From: an archaeon
GTDB taxonomy: Archaea; Asgardarchaeota; Thorarchaeia; Thorarchaeales; Thorarchaeaceae
Assembly (NCBI GenBank): GCA_024275415.1
Contig: JAJRZD010000015.1
Span: 1-32,000, forward strand
DNA: 32,000 nt
Direction: 5' to 3'
Shown here: positions 22,258 through 30,536 of the stretch, piece after piece
Numbering within the stretch: the first letter of the stretch is position 1
Layout of the letters: the number at the start of each line of letters is the position of its first letter
The notes under the pieces: model-generated
Seen by the model: only the letters and a program-made list of their open reading frames with translations
The model's database searches: none
Told to the model about the DNA's origin: nothing
Made by a program: the position numbers and the translations under genes

Positions 22258-22364
22258 ACTGATATGCTCCTTGCACTTGTTGACCAGCATCTTCTTGACG
22301 CTGTCATGCTTTGTAGCAAAGCCTTTATAATCCACACTAAGGGGCACATCGAGAGGTAAAGGCA

Positions 22365-22610
22365 ATGTCACACGAAAAAATGCCCATCAAAGCACTCGAG
22401 CAGAACATCCACGAAATTGTATCAATCAAGCTCAAGGATCAACGGATTTTCAGAGGGCGCCTGTCCCGATGTGACGTCTATATGAACCTCACTCTGGAAG
22501 ACGCTGAGGAACTCGTGCTTGGAGGGGATGAAACAACGACCATTGCCAAGTATGGCGAGATTCTTCTGAGAGGGAACAACATCCTCTGGATACAGATTCC
22601 CGAGGAATAG
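22365..22610 (+). CDS. Sm-like (SmAP/Lsm) protein
   Basis: Sm1 motif GRLSRCDVYMNLTLEDAEE and Sm2 motif ILLRGNNI. Confidence 0.93.
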   Translation: MSHEKMPIKALEQNIHEIVSIKLKDQRIFRGRLSRCDVYMNLTLEDAEELVLGGDETTTIAKYGEILLRGNNILWIQIPEE

Positions 22611-22748
22611 ATGTGCTGCTTCGTTTCGATAGTGAGCAATAGGTGGCCAAAGCATCCAATTAGTCCCTTCGATGTTTTATAACGACAACTTTAATATAAA
22701 ACCGAGATTCGATGCAGATTACCTGATGTGCATCATCAGGACAACAGA

Positions 22749-22886
22749 GCCCCTGTAGTGTAGTCCGGCCTAGCATTCAAGACTGTCAATCCAATGCGAT
22801 TGGCATCTTGGAGCGGACCTCTTGAGACCCGGGTTCAAATGTGTCCATGATTCCCATGAACATTGGAAATCCCGGCGGGGGCGCCA
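22749..22886 (+). tRNA. tRNA-Asp(GUC) with two 30-nt introns (22789-22818 at 37/38; 22840-22869 at 59/60)
   Basis: Stem GCCCCTG/CGGGGGC, mature loop CTGTCAC, both introns fit BHB geometry, encoded CCA. Confidence 0.93.
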
Positions 22887-23035
22887 CATCATCTCTCATT
22901 CTCAATTGTTCAAATCGATAAGTTGCAGGAATCTCTCTGTCAATCTCACATCTTCTCTGCAGCGATTGTTATAATAATTAGATGTGCATTGTTAATAATA
23001 ATGATTTATATGAGTAAAATCAGATATATCCTTGT

Positions 23036-23254
23036 GTGAGTGATATGTGGTTGGGCATCTTTATTGTAAGCATTCTGCTAATTCTCACAGCCATGGGGTA
23101 TTTGGTAGGCCATACCGAGAGGAAGTACTGCCCATCAGATAGATCATTCACCAAATCGCTGTACAGATCTAAAATTTGTGACAATGGATTCTTCCCTCTC
23201 GAGGTAGAGGAATATCAGCGGGCCGTTTCAGGAAGCACGATTCGTGGGAGATAA
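23036..23254 (+). CDS. Small hypothetical membrane protein
   Basis: N-terminal hydrophobic stretch; no recognisable family. Confidence 0.4.
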   Translation: MSDMWLGIFIVSILLILTAMGYLVGHTERKYCPSDRSFTKSLYRSKICDNGFFPLEVEEYQRAVSGSTIRGR

Positions 23255-23408
23255 AAAGTAGTGCGGTTTTTGGATGCGGTCAAAAGGTAAACAATCGCGA
23301 CTATGATAAGGTTATTCGGTAGATTCCTTAGGCATGCTTACTTGCATTGCGATGCTCCTTGAGCATATGTTCTCAATCGGAGCACCACTACTACAATCAT
23401 TGCAGAAG

Positions 23409-23636
23409 TTATCCATGGATAATCGTACTCGGCACCTCGACCATGGAAGCGAATTGATTCGTGACCTGGTCGTCCACCTGATGAACACCGAGCTGTTCTG
23501 GCTCAATGTACTCAATGACGTGGGTCTTTTATGAAAAAAAACGGAAGTCAGTCTGCAATATGTAAAGCGTCTGTGAGTCGATCCAGACAATATCAGCTTC
23601 ACTATCGCACGGGCGGTTCTCCTTCTCATCACCCAT
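23409..23636 (-). pseudogene. Small hypothetical ORF (75 codons) with an in-frame TAA at 23529-23531
   Basis: MGDEKENRPCDSEADIVWIDSQTLYILQTDFRFFS*KTHVIEYIEPEQLGVHQVDDQVTNQFASMVEVPSTIIHG; protein-like on both sides of the stop. Confidence 0.4.
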
Positions 23637-23728
23637 GATGCGCACCACCGAGGCTTTATCATAGGCCTTCTGAAGGAGATGGAGTATGATTCGCCGAAAG
23701 GTCAATATGCTACAGGAGCTGACATAAG

Positions 23729-24730
23729 ATGACAGGCTTTTACAATATCATTCATTCATGTATCAGGCAACAGGCGAGTGCAATCCCAAACACTTTGAAA
23801 AATGTAGATGGCAAGAACCTCGATGCATTGCAAGGGAAGAAACTGATATTCACAGGATGTGGTGATTCCTACGCAGTGGCTGACTATGGGAGATGGGCAT
23901 TCCGTCAACTCGATCTCGATGCTTCCGTCCTTTCTCCATCAGAGGTGCCGTTGGTGCCAATCCGCAAGGATACCGTCGTAATCGGCGTGACCGCGTCAGG
24001 AAGGAGCGTGGAAACGATAGCAGCCTTGGGATACGCACGCAAGAACGGAGCATCGACTGTAGTCCTTACTGATGACAGAGATGGTCGAGCCAGCGGGAAG
24101 GCCGACCATATCTGGGAAACCAAGTCGGGAGTGTCGACCTACAACACAAGTCCATCAGCCCCCACGACATGTGCAATGGCATACCTTATGAAACTCTCTG
24201 CACTTCAATGCGGAGATACAAGTAGTGATGTCTTCAGGGATATCAGGCAGCTGGAAAACAGCTGTACCAACATTGTAGAGTGGGCAAGAGGCACTGGTAA
24301 GGAATTGGCTGCTATCACTAAAGAGAAACAAATCATCTACCTAATCTCTGAGGGCGCAAACTATGTCGCGGCGCAACTTGGGATGATGAAGTTCAACGAG
24401 TACTCGATTATTAAAGGAGTAAGCGTCCTACGAGAGGAGTTCAGGCACCATTGCAATCTCTCAGTGAAGGACGGGGATCCAGTCATACTGATATCGGATG
24501 CACCAACAGACGAAAGAGACCGTACCTATATCAGGGTGCTTTCGGACACGCTAAAAATGAAACATTCTCACCTCTTCTGTCCTGAGTCGTTACAGTTGAC
24601 AACGCCATTTGGTCAGGCAATTGCAAATACAATCGCATTGCAGCTTGCTGCTTATCATTCTGCGAAAAGTGTTGACCCCAAAAAGAAGGGGTTTAGAATC
24701 CCACATGCAGAAGCCTTCAAAATCTACTGA
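23729..24730 (+). CDS. SIS-domain sugar-phosphate isomerase (GlmS isomerase-like, no glutaminase domain)
   Basis: FTGCGDSY, GVTASGRSVET, EEFRHH. Confidence 0.85.
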   Translation: MTGFYNIIHSCIRQQASAIPNTLKNVDGKNLDALQGKKLIFTGCGDSYAVADYGRWAFRQLDLDASVLSPSEVPLVPIRKDTVVIGVTASGRSVETIAALGYARKNGASTVVLTDDRDGRASGKADHIWETKSGVSTYNTSPSAPTTCAMAYLMKLSALQCGDTSSDVFRDIRQLENSCTNIVEWARGTGKELAAITKEKQIIYLISEGANYVAAQLGMMKFNEYSIIKGVSVLREEFRHHCNLSVKDGDPVILISDAPTDERDRTYIRVLSDTLKMKHSHLFCPESLQLTTPFGQAIANTIALQLAAYHSAKSVDPKKKGFRIPHAEAFKIY

Positions 24731-24769
24731 TTGTTTGCCTGATAGAAAAAGGTAACATGCGGTACTCGA

Positions 24770-25756
24770 ATGTATGAGAGTGTTGTGAATGTTGTGAGAG
24801 AATTGATACTTGGAGCACAGGATCATGGTAGAAGACAGGAGATAGTAGAAAGCATAAACGAATCCCCAGCGGAGTTCAAGGCGTTCCTCGATGGAATATT
24901 CGACTCCGAAGAAAACCATACCGAAGAGAAGACATTGGTGCTTGACTTGGTAGATTTCCTCAGCCCCATCCTTGGAATGGAAGTTGTAAGGCGGGCAATC
25001 AGCGACTCTGATCGCCAGACCAGGATACGGGGGTTTCAGGCAGCCTATCGCAGGCAGTTCGACACATTGAATCGGAGAGTCCTTGAAGTGCTTCAGGACT
25101 CGACCGAATGTTTTGAGGTTCGAAAATGGGCAGTCCATATCCTAGGGGGAACTGATCCTGTGGAATACGCGAAATACCTGCGAAAAATCATGCGAGATCC
25201 AAATGAGGATGTGCGTGTGCGCAAAGAGGCTATCTATGCTCTGACAAACGCCTCATCTAATGTGACTATAGGTGCTTTTTGTGCTCTTCTGGGGGATACA
25301 AATGTCGAGATTAGACAAGCCAGTGCATGGGCATTGGGAAAGGTCGGGACAGATGTTTCAGTCGACTGTCTCCTTGCAGCATTAGAGGATACAGATGAAA
25401 TTGTCCGGGATTGGGCAATTAGAGGTCTTCGAGATTCTGACAATACCCGGGCATTACAGGGATTGGCCGAAGCGATGAAGATCCTTGATCCTGCACATCA
25501 AAGGCAACTCATACGATTAGTGGTTGAGAAGCGCTCCGAAGTCATCTCTAGAGCGATTGTTGAATTGCTAGGCACCTCCGATGTGGAGGTAAGAAAGCTT
25601 GCAGCATGGGCGATGGGAGTGTCGCCCTATCCTCCTGCGACGAGCGAGCTTGAGAGGCTCCTTGACGACGATGACGCTCAGATAAGAGAATATGCCAAGA
25701 AGGCCTTGGAACGACTTGGATGGGCAAATCCAACTGATTTTGGTTTGATGATCTAG
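24770..25756 (+). CDS. HEAT-repeat (PBS lyase-like) protein
   Basis: Repeated D..VR..A..ALG units. Confidence 0.88.
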   Translation: MYESVVNVVRELILGAQDHGRRQEIVESINESPAEFKAFLDGIFDSEENHTEEKTLVLDLVDFLSPILGMEVVRRAISDSDRQTRIRGFQAAYRRQFDTLNRRVLEVLQDSTECFEVRKWAVHILGGTDPVEYAKYLRKIMRDPNEDVRVRKEAIYALTNASSNVTIGAFCALLGDTNVEIRQASAWALGKVGTDVSVDCLLAALEDTDEIVRDWAIRGLRDSDNTRALQGLAEAMKILDPAHQRQLIRLVVEKRSEVISRAIVELLGTSDVEVRKLAAWAMGVSPYPPATSELERLLDDDDAQIREYAKKALERLGWANPTDFGLMI

Positions 25757-26536
25757 TCACATCATTCCTTTGTACATTCCGCCATCAACCAGAATGAGCG
25801 CGCCATGAACATAGCTTGCCATGGGACTCAACAGAAACGCACAGACAGCGCCAAACTCAGCGGGCCGTCCCATCCTGCCCAAGGGGATGCTAGAGGTAAT
25901 TCGCTCCATCGCCTCATCGGGGTTCCCAGTCGCCTTCATGAGTTCTTGGACGCGCTCGGTGTTGATGTATCCAGGGCATACAGCGTTTGTTCGCACACCA
26001 TCACGGCTGATCTCTTCAGCCAGCGTCCGCATCATGCCAATGACCGCGGGACGCAACGAGTTCGATAAAAGCAGATTCCCGATAGGCTGTTTGACAGAGA
26101 TTGATGTGCTGTACAAGATGGAGGGTGAAGACGATTCTCTAAGGAGGGGCAATGCCTCGCGTGTTAGACGCACCGCGCTCATCAATGTGAGGTGGAAGCT
26201 CCGTTCCCAGTCCTCATCGGTGAGTTCGGAGAATTGTCCGGGTGGAGGGCCTCCTGCATTCACGAACATTCCATCAATAACCCCCTTCTCTCGTTCGATA
26301 TTGGTAATCAGTTGCGAGATGTCCTCAGCTTTCGATACATCTGCGACAACATATCGGGCATTAGTCCCTAGTTTATGAACTGCACGTTCTAGAGACCCCT
26401 TCGTTCTCCCACATAGTATGACTTCTGCTCCCTCCTGAATCAACGTCTTTGCTACTCCGAAGCCCAGTCCACGTGAGGCAGCAGTCACCAGCATCCTCTT
26501 GCCATCAAGTTGCAGATCCATCAGAACGCCCACCAT
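25757..26536 (-). CDS. SDR family oxidoreductase
   Basis: TAASRGLG, NAGGPPPG, NAVCPG, PLGRMGRPAEF. Confidence 0.93.
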   Translation of the reverse strand: MVGVLMDLQLDGKRMLVTAASRGLGFGVAKTLIQEGAEVILCGRTKGSLERAVHKLGTNARYVVADVSKAEDISQLITNIEREKGVIDGMFVNAGGPPPGQFSELTDEDWERSFHLTLMSAVRLTREALPLLRESSSPSILYSTSISVKQPIGNLLLSNSLRPAVIGMMRTLAEEISRDGVRTNAVCPGYINTERVQELMKATGNPDEAMERITSSIPLGRMGRPAEFGAVCAFLLSPMASYVHGALILVDGGMYKGMM

Positions 26537-26574
26537 TTTGCTCGCAGAGTTCTATAATATCCCTACGACCTGTG

Positions 26575-26871
26575 CTATTGTGCATTGATTGTTGTTTTAT
26601 GCTCTGTGCGAGCGCCCATTCGCACCTCAAGATGAAGGAAAGCAGCACTTAATCGCTGGAAGTCACTCGGCACCTCGAACTCACCTGCCCCAAGTTGGTT
26701 CAGGGCGTGCCTAATCTTTCTTGTCGTAAGATGGGGATTCTTTTGAGAGTCAAAGGCCAGCAGGACGCGCAGCTCATCTGGGTCTGGCATCTTGTAGACC
26801 GAATGGCATTTGATGCCCCGCGCCTTCAGGTTCTCCCTGATCATCCTTTCAATTCTATCCATTCGTCTCAC
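26575..26871 (-). CDS. Hypothetical protein
   Basis: 98-aa protein-like ORF co-oriented with the SDR gene. Confidence 0.65.
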   Translation of the reverse strand: MRRMDRIERMIRENLKARGIKCHSVYKMPDPDELRVLLAFDSQKNPHLTTRKIRHALNQLGAGEFEVPSDFQRLSAAFLHLEVRMGARTEHKTTINAQ

Positions 26872-27094
26872 CGATACTCAATTTCACTTTCCAGTACTTT
26901 AACTGCGATGTTACACGAGTATTATCACTCGGAAAGCGCCAATCCCCGTAGGGACACTCGAACATCCTAACACTTATCGAAAAGGAGTGCTAGTATCACC
27001 GATTGAAACGGCATACCACTTCCTCTCGACTGTTTTGGTGGGCCCGAACCATCACTATCTGACAAGTCTATAATCTCGTTGTTCAAAAGCAAGT

Positions 27095-27231
27095 TGGTCG
27101 GGACGGCCGGATTTGAACCGGCAACCGATGGATAGCTGTGAACGCCATCCGAACTGGCAGCTCTCTACAGTCCATTGCTTATGGCCCGATACTCGGAAGA
27201 GTATCGGACTGCCAGATTGAGCTACGTCCCG
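27095..27231 (-). tRNA. tRNA-Tyr(GUA) with two introns (27180-27208, 29 nt, at 22/23; 27134-27164, 31 nt, at 37/38)
   Basis: C1-G72 and A73 identity elements, loop CTGTAGA, central helices TGGC/GCCA and CTGT/ACAG, encoded CCA. Confidence 0.94.
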
Positions 27232-27389
27232 GGTGAGCAAACCGCAGTATTGTTTTGCCTATAAGGATTACTCCGTGGCATTTGCTATCTAGATGTGGCG
27301 GGTCTGGACATGTTAATTGAAGAGGCAGTAGATAATACGTACCACACAGGTTTTAACTGGTTCGCGGTGGCCATCTCAATGAGTTTGCA

Positions 27390-27608
27390 ATGTCCGAAAG
27401 AATATGCAATACCAAAAGGAACCTCGAACGATGTGGTTGTTCATATCCGGGATGCTCTCGCAAGGGCTATTGTTGTGACTGTCTGGACTACCACTGGAAG
27501 CATCGGGAACTCCCAGGGTGCCTTTTCCCAAAAGAGGCTGAGAGAACATACAATAGGTCACTCGAGTATTTCCTAGAGGTCTGGACAGAAAAGCTTGGAA
27601 AGAGCTAG
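27390..27608 (+). CDS. Small Cys-rich protein (DUF6485-like)
   Basis: CGCSYPGCSRKGYCCDC..YH...ELPGC.FP..ERTYNRS. Confidence 0.8.
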   Translation: MSERICNTKRNLERCGCSYPGCSRKGYCCDCLDYHWKHRELPGCLFPKEAERTYNRSLEYFLEVWTEKLGKS

Positions 27609-27616
27609 AAATCTGA

Positions 27617-27694
27617 TGGCGGGCCCGCCAGGATTTGAACCTGGGACATCCAACTTCGAAGGCTGGCGCCCTATCCAGACTAGACTACGGGCCC
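27617..27694 (-). tRNA. tRNA-Arg(UCG), intronless
   Basis: Full cloverleaf, loop CTTCGAA, encoded CCA. Confidence 0.96.
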
Positions 27695-27887
27695 CGATAC
27701 TCCAATTTTGGATTTCCCTTTAAGCTCTTCTGTATCATCATGATTAAGGATCAGAGGTACGATCAGTAGACTGGGGACATGAAGCTTAAAGGTGAAAGTA
27801 GGTCGAGGTATTATATCGACAAAGGAACACTCCTCATTGCAATCTGTTGTTGCTGTTCTGTCCGCCCTTAAATATACGCCAAAGTTT

Positions 27888-27985
27888 TGGCGGGCCCGGT
27901 GAGATTCGAACTCACGAAAACCAACTTTCTCCGAATGTATTGATTATAGGAGGCTGGTGCCCTATCCTGGCTAGGCAACGGGCCC
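27888..27985 (-). tRNA. tRNA-Arg(CCU) with a 20-nt intron at 37/38 (27927-27946)
   Basis: Central helix CTCC/GGAG with 3-nt bulges; encoded CCA. Confidence 0.93.
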
Positions 27986-28030
27986 ACAGGGTGTCGAACT
28001 TACGATAATCTTGTTAAACCTTTTGCAGTG

Positions 28031-29296
28031 TCATTGAGCGACTCTTGCAGTAATGGAGGCTCCTTCTTCCATGGCATCTACGATCATGCTGCCTTGGCGG
28101 GTCTTGATACGGATAGAGCTCTCACCGTTCCGTCCGACCATGATAGTGGTCAGGTACATATCATCGGCGAAAATCTCAAGGCGTTGCTTGGCATATTTTC
28201 GTCCCGCGTGGATCGTGACCTTCTTCTTGGAGTAGCTGATTGAAACCTTGACTGTTTCACCGGGTCTGGCACGACGTGCCACCTGTTCTCTTGAAGTGGT
28301 GCGGGGGCCTCCTCTAACTGGGACAACGACCTTCTCGCCTCCGAAAGTGAACATCTCGTATTCTAACACACCAAGCTCGAAGTCACGAACCTCCACTACC
28401 GGTCGCGCGAGGTCTCGTTGGGAGCTGCTCATCCCGGTGGGCATCTTCACCTTCAATGAGAGAGATGACACCTTCGCCACTCGCCCTGCTTCAATATGGA
28501 TGACTGTATCCACAGTGCTTGGAAGTTGACCAAGTTCTACCCGGCCCCCAAGGGTAAGACGCTGAATTGCATCGATTGATGAACCTGCATGGACAACTCC
28601 CACCATTCCAACTCCGGCAGATCGCAGGTCAGCATAGGCTGAGAAATCACTTGATTTCCGCAATTCGTCGTATATCACGTAGTCAGGTCGGACAAGAAGA
28701 AGGATATCGGCTGCTTTCTCCATGCTCTTGTCAAGAGGAGAGTATTGTACGATGTCATCCGACACTTGAAGGTCACGCGGTTGTTCGAGAGTCTTTACTA
28801 CGTTACCCTTCTTGCTGTAGAATTCGGCAAGCGCAGCAGAAAAAGTCGACTTGCCAGAGCCAGGACTGCCAGTAACGAGAATTCCTTCGGCACGTGTTTC
28901 CAATCGCTTCATCAACTTCGGGCTGAGGTCATAATCGCCAATTGCAAGCTTCTTGATTGGCCTGATTGCAGAGATTTCGTATTTGTCAGCGAAAGGAGGC
29001 ATAGCGATGGCTATCCGCAGATTTCTTAACTGGACGACGGCAGCACCTTCCTCCTCAATCTCGATGAATGACTGACGGTCGTTCCGAGCGGTTTCGATAA
29101 TTGCCTCAGCTAAGATATCGAGTTCCTCATGAGTAAGGATTCTGTCAGATAGCTCCACCAATGACCAATCACCAGGAGCACCGCGTTTTGCACGGGGAGG
29201 GTTGTTCTCAATCAAGTGCACACTCATGGTGTGTTCGTCAAAGAAAGCGTCCAGCTTTAGGAGCTCCTCATCATCATCAATCCAGTCATCATTCAT
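28031..29296 (-). CDS. PINA/MJ1533-like ATPase lacking the N-terminal PIN domain
   Basis: Walker A GSPGSGKST, Walker B YVIYDE, GMVGVVHA, RDLARPVVEVRDF; start at ATG 29296. Confidence 0.85.
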   Translation of the reverse strand: MNDDWIDDDEELLKLDAFFDEHTMSVHLIENNPPRAKRGAPGDWSLVELSDRILTHEELDILAEAIIETARNDRQSFIEIEEEGAAVVQLRNLRIAIAMPPFADKYEISAIRPIKKLAIGDYDLSPKLMKRLETRAEGILVTGSPGSGKSTFSAALAEFYSKKGNVVKTLEQPRDLQVSDDIVQYSPLDKSMEKAADILLLVRPDYVIYDELRKSSDFSAYADLRSAGVGMVGVVHAGSSIDAIQRLTLGGRVELGQLPSTVDTVIHIEAGRVAKVSSLSLKVKMPTGMSSSQRDLARPVVEVRDFELGVLEYEMFTFGGEKVVVPVRGGPRTTSREQVARRARPGETVKVSISYSKKKVTIHAGRKYAKQRLEIFADDMYLTTIMVGRNGESSIRIKTRQGSMIVDAMEEGASITARVAQ

Positions 29297-29930
29297 CGTT
29301 CGTGTTCTCTCCAATCTTGCGAAGTTTCGTCTGAGCGACCTTGTAGTAGTTGACCTCCCCATTCTGATCAACAAGCGCGAACAACAGGTTCTTTCGAGCA
29401 GCAACCGCTGCGTCAGTAACCATGTTCAGGTCGTGCAGCGATATGGGATTTCCTTCCTTCATGACGTAGATTAGTTGTTTTGCTGTAGCCACGCCAGGCT
29501 TATCACCACGAGCATAGACCCTGAACCCGATTCCGCCACCGAATCCTTGACGGACAGCATATCCCCTGCTACGCAGATCTCGGAAGACCAAATACTTCAC
29601 CCAAAGATTCGGGTCTTCAGGCAACAGCGTCTTTACAATGTAGGGTGCACCGATTCTTGTACCATCAGGAAGAGAGAGAGTAATGCGCTTCCTTTCGAGA
29701 AGGTGCAAAATCTCGATGGGTTCGAGTTCTAATCGTCCATCATCAAGACGGGCACCATAGAAGCCTTGTTGTGATATCCTGTCAGCATCGCTTCGGTTCA
29801 CATACCCTTTCAGATTTTCGAATATCATCTCTGAAGGTTCTTCCTCAGTTTCATCGGCATCCTCTTCTTTTTGTTCTGCCAAACCGGGTGTCATTTGAGG
29901 ATTGCTTTCGTCGGGATCGGACAAATTCAT
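29289..29930 (-). CDS. endA: tRNA-splicing endonuclease subunit, probably structural (β)
   Basis: YLVFRDLRSRGY, FRVYARG, RKNLLFALVDQNGEVNYY; catalytic Tyr and His positions appear substituted. Confidence 0.88.
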   Translation of the reverse strand: MNLSDPDESNPQMTPGLAEQKEEDADETEEEPSEMIFENLKGYVNRSDADRISQQGFYGARLDDGRLELEPIEILHLLERKRITLSLPDGTRIGAPYIVKTLLPEDPNLWVKYLVFRDLRSRGYAVRQGFGGGIGFRVYARGDKPGVATAKQLIYVMKEGNPISLHDLNMVTDAAVAARKNLLFALVDQNGEVNYYKVAQTKLRKIGENTNDE

Positions 29931-30026
29931 ATCGCCTACTCAGGAGTGTAGCTGTTCCTTAAGCTGAAAAAGCCTTCGACATACCAATGATAAGAACTAT
30001 AGCAAGGGGATGCAGGATTATCGCTT

Positions 30027-30536
30027 GTGTGCGATTCAGAAATAAGAAAGCATTTAGAGGAATTCATTAACGACGCGAAGCGTGTTGCGATTCTAGGCAT
30101 TGGTAACGACCTTCGCACTGATGATGGGATTGGCCCTTACATCGTCAATCATTTGAGAACAAAACACCAAAATGTATTCATTGAGGATGTGGGGTCAATC
30201 CCAGAGGCCTTTGTAAGTCCATTGGCTGAATTCGGTGCGGAGAGAATCATCATGATTGATGCAGCGGATATGAGAAAGCCTGTGGGACACATCGAGTTTG
30301 TGGCAAAAGATCGCATAGGAGGGATAGCAATCAGTACACACAGCATGCCTCTTTCGTTCTTGATGCAATATCTTGAAGACTCTACGGGAGCAGAAACCAT
30401 TTTGCTCGGTGTGCAGCCAAGAAGCATAGTATTCGGCGAAGGGCTTACTCCTGAGATAGAGGAGGTTGCTCGGAAGCTTATTATTTTGATTGATGCAGTC
30501 TTGGAAGTACATCTCCGAGGGACGAAGAATGTTTAG
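30027..30536 (+). CDS. hycI: HycI-like hydrogenase maturation protease
   Basis: LGIGNDLRTDDGIG, IDAADM, STHSMPL. Confidence 0.88.
   Translation: MCDSEIRKHLEEFINDAKRVAILGIGNDLRTDDGIGPYIVNHLRTKHQNVFIEDVGSIPEAFVSPLAEFGAERIIMIDAADMRKPVGHIEFVAKDRIGGIAISTHSMPLSFLMQYLEDSTGAETILLGVQPRSIVFGEGLTPEIEEVARKLIILIDAVLEVHLRGTKNV

Noticed and set aside
23312-23662. 116-aa ORF-track protein
   Set aside because: Its composition is non-coding-like; another frame on the same strand is more protein-like.
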